Below are positions 8,019 to 15,718 of a stretch of DNA of 24,664 bases, piece after piece. A program made the position numbers and the translations under genes. Under the pieces are notes generated by a model. That model made no database searches. It saw only the letters and a list, made by a program, of their open reading frames with translations, and was not told the origin of the DNA. The stretch is taken from IMG/VR virus record IMGVR_UViG_3300042198_000070, positions 1-24,664 of that record; one strand, given 5' to 3'. Origin of the DNA: a virus. Lineage: Duplodnaviria > Caudoviricetes. Within the stretch, counting starts at the first letter, position 1; each line of letters begins with the position of its first letter.

Positions 8019-8647
8019 GCTTCCTCCGCTTGTTTGATTCGTTTCTGCAGGTTCGATGTGATCTCCGCCATCTTGCTCATTGGGATTTCTTCAATGCTGG
8101 CAACTTTGTAGATCTCCAGAAGCTTCTCTTCCGTCACATCAGTGCTTGCCATCAGCTTGCGAATGATGTCGATGTCGCTAGGAGCCAGTGTCTTGCCGGG
8201 GGACTTGCCGACCTCATGGGTATGGCGGTCAGGATCCTCATCAATCGGAATAGCGAAGAGTTGGAACGCCATGTACTTGTAGGCAATCGAAAGCGCCTTG
8301 TTGGTCGCCTTATCTCCGGAGTCCATCGCCTCGCCCGGTACTGAGCAGACCACGCTGCTGCCATCGACGGTTGACCAGATGGTGAAGTCCACTTGAACGG
8401 TCACATAGAAGAGGGGATTGCCTCGACTATTAACACGCTCATAAACTTCACGATTCCTGATATTCGGGACAATAACAAGACCGGCCTCGACAAGGTGCTG
8501 AGCCATCCGGTTCATCACATCATCGATGCCGCGAAACTTAAAGCCTTGGGATTCGTTTTTGTGGGATTTGGCGATGCCTTTGTCAGCGAACGCCTGCATC
8601 ACCTGCTTGATTCCTGTTAGGACATGGGGACTCTTATGCCCATCCAT
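8015..8647 (-). CDS. erf: ERF-family single-strand annealing protein
   Basis: KN..QGFKFRGIDDV, GEAMDSGDKATNKALSIAYKY...FAIP..EDPD. Confidence 0.9.
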   Translation of the reverse strand: MDGHKSPHVLTGIKQVMQAFADKGIAKSHKNESQGFKFRGIDDVMNRMAQHLVEAGLVIVPNIRNREVYERVNSRGNPLFYVTVQVDFTIWSTVDGSSVVCSVPGEAMDSGDKATNKALSIAYKYMAFQLFAIPIDEDPDRHTHEVGKSPGKTLAPSDIDIIRKLMASTDVTEEKLLEIYKVASIEEIPMSKMAEITSNLQKRIKQAEEA

Positions 8648-8678
8648 ACACCCTCCATATTTGTTGTTTGTGGGTGCA

Positions 8679-8706
8679 AGTATAGAGCAAATATTAGCTA
8701 GGTCAA
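8679..8706 (-). promoter_or_regulatory. sigma70-like leftward promoter (PL-like) for the recombination operon
   Basis: TTGACC-N16-TATACT; the spacer contains the imperfect palindrome AGCTAATATTTGCT. Confidence 0.7.
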
Positions 8707-8729
8707 TACCCTATCAACAAAAAAATATG

Positions 8730-9395
8730 TCAATCTTTCGATGTTGTAGAAAATGCACTTACTACTCGACCAATGATGCGCAGTAAACGAAACGCCTCAG
8801 GGTCGATCTCTTGGTTCTTCCCGCGCCCAGAGCTAATAGTTATCTTGTTGCCAACTGTTACCCGCCTAGCAACAATGGAATCATCTTGCTGAAACAGGTA
8901 GACCCCGGCCTCCGGCTTCCGCTGTGAGCTATCGTCTACCAAGAACACAGTTCCAATAGGGAATTCTTTAAAGCTGTCGTCCGATAGACGCACCGTCTTC
9001 AGGTTTTCAGGTTGCACCCCTAGGCTTTCGCAGAAGTCCTTGGAGAAGGCAAACCAGTCAACCGTCAAGTCGGTATGGAACCCGCCCAAAGAACCGGTCT
9101 TCGGGGCTACATAGCGATCCAGCGCCGGGGCTATTGGCTTCTCAACAAGGTGGGCAAACCTCGGGGAGATCTCGCCAACAGTCACCCGCAACAGCTTTGC
9201 AAACTTAGCAACTGCCTGAAAGTTTAGTCCAACCTTCCCATTTAGAAACTGCGATACCGCTCCTTGGCTGTTGTAGCCAAGCTCCTTCGCAGCCTTCACT
9301 TGTGACAAGTGCAGCTCGTCTTTCTTGTCTTTCCAAAGCTGCCTCAGTCGCCGTGCGTCCTCAGCCTCTTCCTTGGTCAAGGTTCGGTTTGGCAT
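8730..9395 (-). CDS. cI: lambda CI-like repressor (HTH plus degenerate S24 domain)
   Basis: LTKEEAEDARRLRQLWKDKKDELHLSQ...SQGAVSQFLNG...FAKLLRV...EISP closely parallels the lambda CI N-domain; the C-terminus ends IIGRVV. Start ATG 9395. Confidence 0.9.
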   Translation of the reverse strand: MPNRTLTKEEAEDARRLRQLWKDKKDELHLSQVKAAKELGYNSQGAVSQFLNGKVGLNFQAVAKFAKLLRVTVGEISPRFAHLVEKPIAPALDRYVAPKTGSLGGFHTDLTVDWFAFSKDFCESLGVQPENLKTVRLSDDSFKEFPIGTVFLVDDSSQRKPEAGVYLFQQDDSIVARRVTVGNKITISSGRGKNQEIDPEAFRLLRIIGRVVSAFSTTSKD

Positions 9396-9467
9396 ACATA
9401 CCCCAATCAGATGCAGAAAGGAGTAATTCAACACCTGTATTAACCACGCTGTCAATACATGTTACCG

Positions 9468-9496
9468 TTGACTTTAATATCAGTCCTGCTTATACT
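9468..9496 (+). promoter_or_regulatory. sigma70 rightward promoter (PR-like)
   Basis: TTGACT-N17-TATACT; overlapped by the 17-bp imperfect palindrome TATCAG-N5-CTTATA. Confidence 0.8.
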
Positions 9497-9502
9497 CCAT
9501 CA

Positions 9503-9710
9503 CATCAGCAATGATTGCGTGGTTATGGTCGGGGTAAACCAACGGCAGCGTAACCATCAAGAGTTCCTACTGTGGGTTAGTGCGGGAGGAGGAACAGGGG
9601 CGGCGAAGATAGAACCCCTTGCACGAAAGTCTGTCGGGTGCATGTCTGGCTCCGTAGAGGAAACATGTTGAAGGCGTACCTAAGGATGGGCTTGGTACGT
9701 CTTCACCATA
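9503..9710 (+). ncRNA. candidate structured leader RNA upstream of the primase-helicase
   Basis: Consecutive stems: 9520-27/9549-56, 9563-68/9590-95, 9596-9600/9615-19, 9620-24/9638-42, 9641-45/9663-67, 9669-80/9694-9705. Confidence 0.55.
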
Positions 9711-9796
9711 GAGGAAGGGTTACTTAAGCATAGTTACATAGAGTGATACCGGAAGAAAAAAACAAACCGGTTGAAGAATAAATATAAGAAGGGTGA

Positions 9797-11497
9797 ATGA
9801 TGAAGTCGTGGAGTGATCTGGGTATTGATGTCAGGGGCAAGTCCTCTGGCGAGATCAAGACCGTTTGTCCGCAGTGTTCCCACACAAGAAAGAAGCGATC
9901 GTACCCGTGTCTGAACGTCAACATCGACAAGGGTATGTACAACTGCTGGCATTGCGGTTGGTCAGGATCAATCGGAAAAGGGAACTACATGAAGCCCTAC
10001 GCTTCGGGGACAAAGAACTACCGTAAGCCAGAGTTCAAAGCGCAGCTACTCACTGAGAGCGGCATGAGCTACTTGGCAGAGCGAGGCATCACGCCTGAGG
10101 TAGCCGCTCGCAATCAGATCTCGATGATGAAGAAGTACATGCCTCAGCGTGAAGAGGAGGTTATGTGCATCGCCTTTCCGTTCATCAAGCACGGAGAGAT
10201 CGTCAACGTGAAATACAGGGACAAGAACAAGTACTTCACCCAAGAGGGTGGTGCAGAAAAGACATGGTACAAATATGACGACATTGATCCGAAGTGCACG
10301 ATCATCACAGAGGGAGAGTTTGATGCTTTGGCGCTGGAAGTTGCTGGTTTCCGCCACGCGATCTCTGTTCCGGACGGGGCGCCAACAGGCAATGCAACGA
10401 ACTTTGAGAAGAAGTTTTCGTACCTCGATGTCGAAGATCCGAGTATCGAGTCGGTCGAGAAGTTTATTCTCGCTGTTGACGGTGATGTACCGGGGCGGAA
10501 GCTGGAAGAGGAGCTTGCGCGTCGCCTTGGAAAAGAACGGTGCTACCGGGTTCAGTGGCCGGAGGATTGCAAGGACGCCAATGATGTACTCATCAAGCTT
10601 GGCAAGGAGGTTCTCTCCGACTGCATAAAGAATGCAATTCCTTTCCCCGTTGATGGCATCTTCGAGCTGGATGCTTTCGGTAATGACCTTGATCAGATTT
10701 ACACCGAGGGTTTGCCCCCCGGCTTAACTACCGGTTGGGCGAACGTCGATGACTTCTATCGTCCGATGGAAGGGCAGTGGACTCTAGTGACCGGCGTCCC
10801 CGGCATGGGTAAGTCCGAGTGGCTCGATGCGCTGGCAATGAACATGACTCGCATGCACCACTGGGTGATTGGCGTGTGCTCCCCAGAGAATCAACCTATC
10901 ACCTACCACGCTGCCAAGCTGATGGAGAAGTACGCTGGCAAGCGACTGCACAAGATGACGAAGGAAGAATACGAGGAGGCCAAGGAATGGGTTGGCGTCT
11001 TCTTCAAGTTCGTCATGCCTGAAGATCGAACCCTTGATTCCCTGCTGGCTAAAGCGAAGCTGATGGTCAAGCGCTACGGGATGAAGGGTCTGATCATCGA
11101 TCCCTACAACGAGATCACCCACACCCACAGGAAAGATGGCATCTCCGAGACGGAGTACATCTCTGATTTCTTGGCGCAGCTGCGTGGCTTCGCTCGGATA
11201 ATGGGTATCCACATCTGGCTGGTGGCGCACCCTACCAAGTTGCAGAAGGGGATGGATGGGAAGTACCCGGTGCCTACTGGCTATGACGTAGCTGGCTCGG
11301 CGCACTTCTTCAACAAGGCAGACAACATCATTGCGATCCACCGAGACAAGGGCGATCCAACGGCGTACTCAGAAGTGCACGTACAAAAGATTCGCTCAAG
11401 GTGGCTTGGGCAGCTGGGCCACACGTTCCTCGAGTGGGACAAACACTCAGGTCGCTTCACCATTCCTGCTGGGCAGGGGTCAGGGTTCCTGCGTTGA
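9797..11497 (+). CDS. bifunctional primase-helicase (T7 gp4/Twinkle-like)
   Basis: Zn finger CPQC...CWHC; TOPRIM ITEGEFDAL, DGD..G and KDAND; Walker A GVPGMGKS; IIDPYN, LVAHP and GSAHF. Confidence 0.93.
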   Translation: MMKSWSDLGIDVRGKSSGEIKTVCPQCSHTRKKRSYPCLNVNIDKGMYNCWHCGWSGSIGKGNYMKPYASGTKNYRKPEFKAQLLTESGMSYLAERGITPEVAARNQISMMKKYMPQREEEVMCIAFPFIKHGEIVNVKYRDKNKYFTQEGGAEKTWYKYDDIDPKCTIITEGEFDALALEVAGFRHAISVPDGAPTGNATNFEKKFSYLDVEDPSIESVEKFILAVDGDVPGRKLEEELARRLGKERCYRVQWPEDCKDANDVLIKLGKEVLSDCIKNAIPFPVDGIFELDAFGNDLDQIYTEGLPPGLTTGWANVDDFYRPMEGQWTLVTGVPGMGKSEWLDALAMNMTRMHHWVIGVCSPENQPITYHAAKLMEKYAGKRLHKMTKEEYEEAKEWVGVFFKFVMPEDRTLDSLLAKAKLMVKRYGMKGLIIDPYNEITHTHRKDGISETEYISDFLAQLRGFARIMGIHIWLVAHPTKLQKGMDGKYPVPTGYDVAGSAHFFNKADNIIAIHRDKGDPTAYSEVHVQKIRSRWLGQLGHTFLEWDKHSGRFTIPAGQGSGFLR

Positions 11498-11787
11498 CTT
11501 ACCGCAACCGCAAGCTATTGGATCTGGCCAGAGGTCAGGCGTGTGTATGGTGTGGATCGGAGGACGGAACGATCGTGGCAGCGCACTCCAATCTCATGGA
11601 GCACGGGAAGGGCAAGGGCTTGAAGGCGCACGATGGGATGCATGCTTGGCTGTGCTACCGGTGTCACACAGAGTATGACCAAGGCGCCAAGATGGGCAGG
11701 GAAGAGAAGCGGGAGTTCATTCTCACCGCAATCTGTAAGACGTACCAGAGGATGTGGGAGCAGGAGCTGATCAAAGTGAAAGGTTAG
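11494..11787 (+). CDS. DUF1364/YbcO-like zinc-binding putative nuclease
   Basis: YRNRKLLDLARGQACVWCG...VAAHSN...GKGKGLKAHD...LCYRCH; TTG start overlaps the helicase stop. Confidence 0.75.
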   Translation: MTYRNRKLLDLARGQACVWCGSEDGTIVAAHSNLMEHGKGKGLKAHDGMHAWLCYRCHTEYDQGAKMGREEKREFILTAICKTYQRMWEQELIKVKG

Positions 11788-11789
11788 GG

Positions 11790-12257
11790 ATGACGGTAAT
11801 TGTGTGGGATGGGGAGACTCTCGCAGCTGACAAGCAAGCAACCGATGATGGGATTAGACGAACCATCACCAAGATCAGGCGAGTGACGAAGGGAAAGAAC
11901 AAGGGTCACTTGATGGGCGGCTCTGGCGCTGCGACTCAGGCCAACGTGATGATGGATTGGTACGCAGCCGGTGCTGTGCCTGATCATTTCCCGAGATATC
12001 AAGACGATAATAATTTATCAGCTGTGCTGACCGTCATCACAAAAGAGGGTCTGATACTTCGATATGAGTACACCCCTGTTCCGATCGTGTTCGAGGACGC
12101 GCAGTACTGCACCGGCTCGGGCAGGGACCTTGCCTACGGTGCGTTGTACATGGGCGCTAGTGCGGTTGAGGCTGTGCAGGTCGTGTGCGAGCACATGAAC
12201 GACTGCGGCATGGGAGTAGACGCCATTCGTTTACATGAGAAGCGGAGGAAGAAATGA
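11790..12257 (+). CDS. Ntn-hydrolase, proteasome-beta/HslV-like protein
   Basis: M-T-VIVWDGETLAAD (N-terminal Thr), TGSG, A.GAL..GASAVEAV...CG. Confidence 0.75.
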   Translation: MTVIVWDGETLAADKQATDDGIRRTITKIRRVTKGKNKGHLMGGSGAATQANVMMDWYAAGAVPDHFPRYQDDNNLSAVLTVITKEGLILRYEYTPVPIVFEDAQYCTGSGRDLAYGALYMGASAVEAVQVVCEHMNDCGMGVDAIRLHEKRRKK

Positions 12258-12415
12258 TCGTTGATCCAGAGAAGATTGTTCGCGCCAGCTTAGAGGTACA
12301 GAAGGGTCGCTCATTGAAAGACTTCCTTGACGACAACGAGATTGAGGAGGTCATTCATTTGATGGCAGACATCCTTGTCTTGACTGGAACCCGTCTTGTG
12401 GAGGACGACGAATGA
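12254..12415 (+). CDS. 53-aa hypothetical protein (MIVDPEKIVRASLEVQ...), below the ORF-track cutoff
   Basis: GGAGG RBS; ATGA overlaps at both ends. Confidence 0.7.
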   Translation: MIVDPEKIVRASLEVQKGRSLKDFLDDNEIEEVIHLMADILVLTGTRLVEDDE

Positions 12416-12603
12416 GCGCAGAGGTTTGGACTGATCAGCAGGAAGAGGCACTCAATCCTGAGCTGCTTTTATCCCACTGTGAAGAGATGGCGCAGATGCT
12501 TGACGAGGTCGAGGCGTTGATCCGCGCATATCAAAAGACCAGCGATGCAAGGCTCTTGGTCATTGCATTGAACGTGATCGGCGCGGAGGAAGAGGATGAA
12601 TGA
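12412..12603 (+). CDS. hypothetical protein
   Basis: 63-aa coupled ORF with a GGAGG RBS. Confidence 0.7.
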   Translation: MSAEVWTDQQEEALNPELLLSHCEEMAQMLDEVEALIRAYQKTSDARLLVIALNVIGAEEEDE

Positions 12604-12931
12604 CATCGAACGATTGATGCATGACTACCGAGAAAAGGTGGCTGAGTACGCCAAGGCCAGAGCGAAGCGCACCTACATCGAAGAGTTCAAGAAGTCCAAG
12701 CATGCGATCTTGATGCGCCAAGCTGATCGAGATGGCTTCAAGACAGTCGCCGCACAAGACAGGGAAGCGCTTGCCTCTGAAGAATATCAAGCATTACTCG
12801 AAGGACTACAAGCCGCGGTCGAAGCAGAAGAGAGATTGCGGTACGACATGAAGTCAATCGAGATGCAAGCAGAAGTGTGGCGCACGTTGCGAGCTGATGA
12901 GAGATTCGAAAAGAAATCCTATGGGGCGTAA
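12596..12931 (+). CDS. conserved helical phage protein (weakly UvsY-like)
   Basis: All-helical, with the pattern AAQDREALASEEY...EVWRT..A..R.E. Confidence 0.55.
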   Translation: MNDIERLMHDYREKVAEYAKARAKRTYIEEFKKSKHAILMRQADRDGFKTVAAQDREALASEEYQALLEGLQAAVEAEERLRYDMKSIEMQAEVWRTLRADERFEKKSYGA

Positions 12932-13295
12932 AGGTTTACCGATTGTTAGAAGGTCAAGGGATCCACGCAAGGTACTACTTGGCGCTAGATCGGCAAGTCA
13001 TCCCGCTTGCTTCGAGAGTTCGGATCAGTACAGGGACTACATCCACTTGATGCGGCAGAGCAGTAACCCGAAGGACACAGGTGTGTGTCTCGACTGCACT
13101 CCTGAGTTTAAGACGCAGATGCTGGAAGAGGGGTTGTGTGATCACCCTGAGACGCGATTCGTTTTATGGAAGAGCGGGTTCGATAACGAGGTCGAAGTTA
13201 TAGGCGTGTCGAATCAAAGCAGGTTTTGGAATCGAGTGCAGCGAGGAGAATCTATTCTTAATTGGGGCGACAGTGAAGAAGAAGATCAACAGTAG
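12921..13295 (+). CDS. Cys-rich hypothetical protein (PACF...CLDC...C.HP)
   Basis: ORF within the operon; start uncertain (12897 or 12921). Confidence 0.65.
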   Translation: MGRKGLPIVRRSRDPRKVLLGARSASHPACFESSDQYRDYIHLMRQSSNPKDTGVCLDCTPEFKTQMLEEGLCDHPETRFVLWKSGFDNEVEVIGVSNQSRFWNRVQRGESILNWGDSEEEDQQ

Positions 13296-13695
13296 AACGA
13301 AGGGCAAGGCAGGAGAGCGCGAGCTGATCGGTGAACTCAAGCGAGTGTTGCCTGAGCTGACCGATAAGCTTGAGCGGAACCTTGAGCAGACACGAGATGG
13401 TGGGTATGACATCTCAGGGCTGGATGGTTGGGCGCCAGAGGTAAAGCGCTACGCCAAGATCCTACCGGCTGACATCGAATCCTTCTGGGCGCAGGCAGTC
13501 ACGCAAGCACGGAACGATCAACGTCGCCCGGTCCTCTTCATGCGTGAAGACCGGAGAGAGTGGAGAGCTAGGGTCAGGCTGAATGATGTGCAGGATAGAT
13601 GGGCTGGTGAAGATTGTCTGATCTGGACGGCGGAGGTGTCGATCGATGCGTTCGCTTGGATATACCGTAGGGCTATTCCCATGAGGGCTGTTTGA
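13273..13695 (+). CDS. PD-(D/E)XK Holliday junction resolvase-like endonuclease
   Basis: NSRTKGKAGERE...GGYDI...EVKR...WAQA..QA...PVLF.R.DR.EW. Confidence 0.8.
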   Translation: MKKKINSRTKGKAGERELIGELKRVLPELTDKLERNLEQTRDGGYDISGLDGWAPEVKRYAKILPADIESFWAQAVTQARNDQRRPVLFMREDRREWRARVRLNDVQDRWAGEDCLIWTAEVSIDAFAWIYRRAIPMRAV

Positions 13696-14187
13696 ATGTT
13701 TAGATCTCCCGATCAGGCACTCGCCTTTGCTTTCCGCATGAGATCAAGTGCTGTCATCAGTATCCCATCGGCTACATACATAGCCAACAAGACGGACAAC
13801 GAGAGCACCAGTGATCGGCTGACGCAGTACGACTTGCATGCACAGGTGGGAATGATCTTTAACTTCCTAAGCAGGAGGCCAGAAGATGAACAGCTGTACG
13901 CCTTTTACTTGCACGGAACGATCAGGGAACGTCGCCTCGCCGCTACGCTATTGATTAAAAAGAATGCCGACAGGCTGGGGAAATATGGGTTGTCAAAGAA
14001 ACAGCTACGCGATGCGTTACTAGGGAAGTCGGTGCGCGATGTCAGTGAGCTGACGGGAATGACTCAGCATAAAGCGTGGAAGTTCAGGAGAGAACTGGCT
14101 GAAGTCTTGGCACCGATACAGGATAGACTCATGGACGGTCTATGGGAGTGGTTAGATGCATCAAACACTACGCTAATGCAACAGTAG
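13696..14187 (+). CDS. putative late transcription regulator (Q-like position, C-terminal HTH)
   Basis: Last gene of the replication operon; HTH-like SVRDVSELTGMTQHKAWKFRR. Confidence 0.55.
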   Translation: MFRSPDQALAFAFRMRSSAVISIPSATYIANKTDNESTSDRLTQYDLHAQVGMIFNFLSRRPEDEQLYAFYLHGTIRERRLAATLLIKKNADRLGKYGLSKKQLRDALLGKSVRDVSELTGMTQHKAWKFRRELAEVLAPIQDRLMDGLWEWLDASNTTLMQQ

Positions 14188-14193
14188 AATTTA

Positions 14194-14288
14194 TGTAGGA
14201 TGAAGGGGTCGGCCAATCACCGACTACCCTTCTCCTTACACAAGGATTTTCCCCGGGCCTAAACCACCCGGGGATTTTTTTATCCTTG
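14194..14288. terminator. two hairpins between convergent operons; intrinsic terminator for the + strand
   Basis: Long hairpin at 14194-14240; stem TCCCCGGG/CCCGGGGA (14250-14274) followed by T7. Confidence 0.8.
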
Positions 14289-14292
14289 CTGA

Positions 14293-14622
14293 TTATGCGT
14301 AGTACGTTGTTGAACTACCAAGCGACCGGCATTTATCAAACCAGATTTTAATTTTGCCGGTATCTCTAAGGTGGTGATAGATGTAGAAGGATCGGAAAGA
14401 TGATCCGTCGTTGGTGCGAGCCATCGCCTGCGTGACTTTGTACCACTCATCAACCGGGATGGATAGCGCCGCGTGATGCGACCCGCCGAGAGCAGTTCGA
14501 ATCTCTAGCTGACTTGCGTCGTGAGTAAGACTTATCGAGCTATTCCTGCGGAAGAAGTTGAATGCAGGATCCTTCCGCATGTCTTCCTCCATGAGGTTCT
14601 GAGTTGTGTAGTTGAATATCAT
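14293..14622 (-). CDS. hypothetical protein (may start at the second Met region)
   Basis: 109-aa ORF coupled to the amidotransferase. Confidence 0.6.
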   Translation of the reverse strand: MIFNYTTQNLMEEDMRKDPAFNFFRRNSSISLTHDASQLEIRTALGGSHHAALSIPVDEWYKVTQAMARTNDGSSFRSFYIYHHLRDTGKIKIWFDKCRSLGSSTTYYA

Positions 14623-15683
14623 ACTCGCGCTCCTTGTTTGGGTTGCTCAATGCCGCCTAGATCCAGCAGTACGTCCTCCATGTCTACCCATAGGTCAATG
14701 ATGGTTTCAGCTGCCCAGTCTGGATCGTTAGCAACCTTGTCGCAGATTGCTTCCGATGAGTAGTGCTTGTCGTTCTCGTTGCCTAGCAGTTCGTAGATGA
14801 AATGTGATGCTTTCATTGGGTGATCCACTGCCCAGCGCAGTACGCCGTCGTAGTCTTCCAGCATCAAGCTGTTGTAGCTTGAACGAATCAAGCGGCGCAT
14901 CTGTGATGTAGTCAATGTGCCCAATGCTGGCGCAAGCGGAGACTTCTTACGTGGTGACTTGCGCGGTGACTTGCGCGGTGTCTTGCTATTCGTCAGAGGT
15001 TTCGTATAGCCCAGCGCCATTTGCTCGTCTCGATCAATGGCATCCCATGTACGCCATGTAGAGCTGGTGGCGTACTTGCTGTGGTCGTACTTTGGATAGG
15101 ACGCAGGCGCAGGAGGATTGCCATAGCCAAACTTCCAAGGAGTCCAAGCGTAGGTGTTGGAGTACCACATTCCTTGGTGATCAATACCACTATTACGATT
15201 CACAATAAAGCATTCGCCCTGCTGATTCATGAACGCAAACTTATTGCTGCCACCGATGTGACCGCCGACCATCTTAAGAAAAGCTTCCTGCTTGATTAGC
15301 TCTGGGTTAAGTTCAAGCAAGGGCTTTAGGTAGTCGTTGATGTAATGCCAAGTGTCAGACATTGCTGGATCTGCGGCATTGCCTGTTGGCAAGATACCGT
15401 TGTGCGCCATCCATAATCCGGGCGTCACTTCGTATGGGTGACAGTTCTCCATGTCGATGTGTCCGTGCGTCTTCATACGGAAGTGGATCACCGCTTCGTG
15501 GCATGCGACTTTGTTGTAGTACAGATCTTCGATCTCGTTGTAAGAGCCAACCATCTTGACGACGATCACCTCGCTACCAAGATTCACGATTGCGCCGAAA
15601 CCGTCTGAGTTCTTGCTGTAGAAGTCTTGCAGTTGAGCCGACTCGAAGCATCCGTCTTTTGGTTGATGAATGAGAATACACAT
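14619..15683 (-). CDS. class II (Ntn) glutamine amidotransferase
   Basis: M-C start (Cys1 nucleophile), NSDGFG, HFRMKTHG, NCHPY, AHNG and SDT; long C-terminal extension. Confidence 0.92.
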   Translation of the reverse strand: MCILIHQPKDGCFESAQLQDFYSKNSDGFGAIVNLGSEVIVVKMVGSYNEIEDLYYNKVACHEAVIHFRMKTHGHIDMENCHPYEVTPGLWMAHNGILPTGNAADPAMSDTWHYINDYLKPLLELNPELIKQEAFLKMVGGHIGGSNKFAFMNQQGECFIVNRNSGIDHQGMWYSNTYAWTPWKFGYGNPPAPASYPKYDHSKYATSSTWRTWDAIDRDEQMALGYTKPLTNSKTPRKSPRKSPRKKSPLAPALGTLTTSQMRRLIRSSYNSLMLEDYDGVLRWAVDHPMKASHFIYELLGNENDKHYSSEAICDKVANDPDWAAETIIDLWVDMEDVLLDLGGIEQPKQGARV

Positions 15684-15718
15684 GGCTAAGTTTCCTTTCG
15701 TTGATTGATTGATATTGG

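Noticed and set aside
9459-9671. Possible cro gene
   Set aside because: No HTH pattern; it starts upstream of the PR -35 and overlaps the structured leader.
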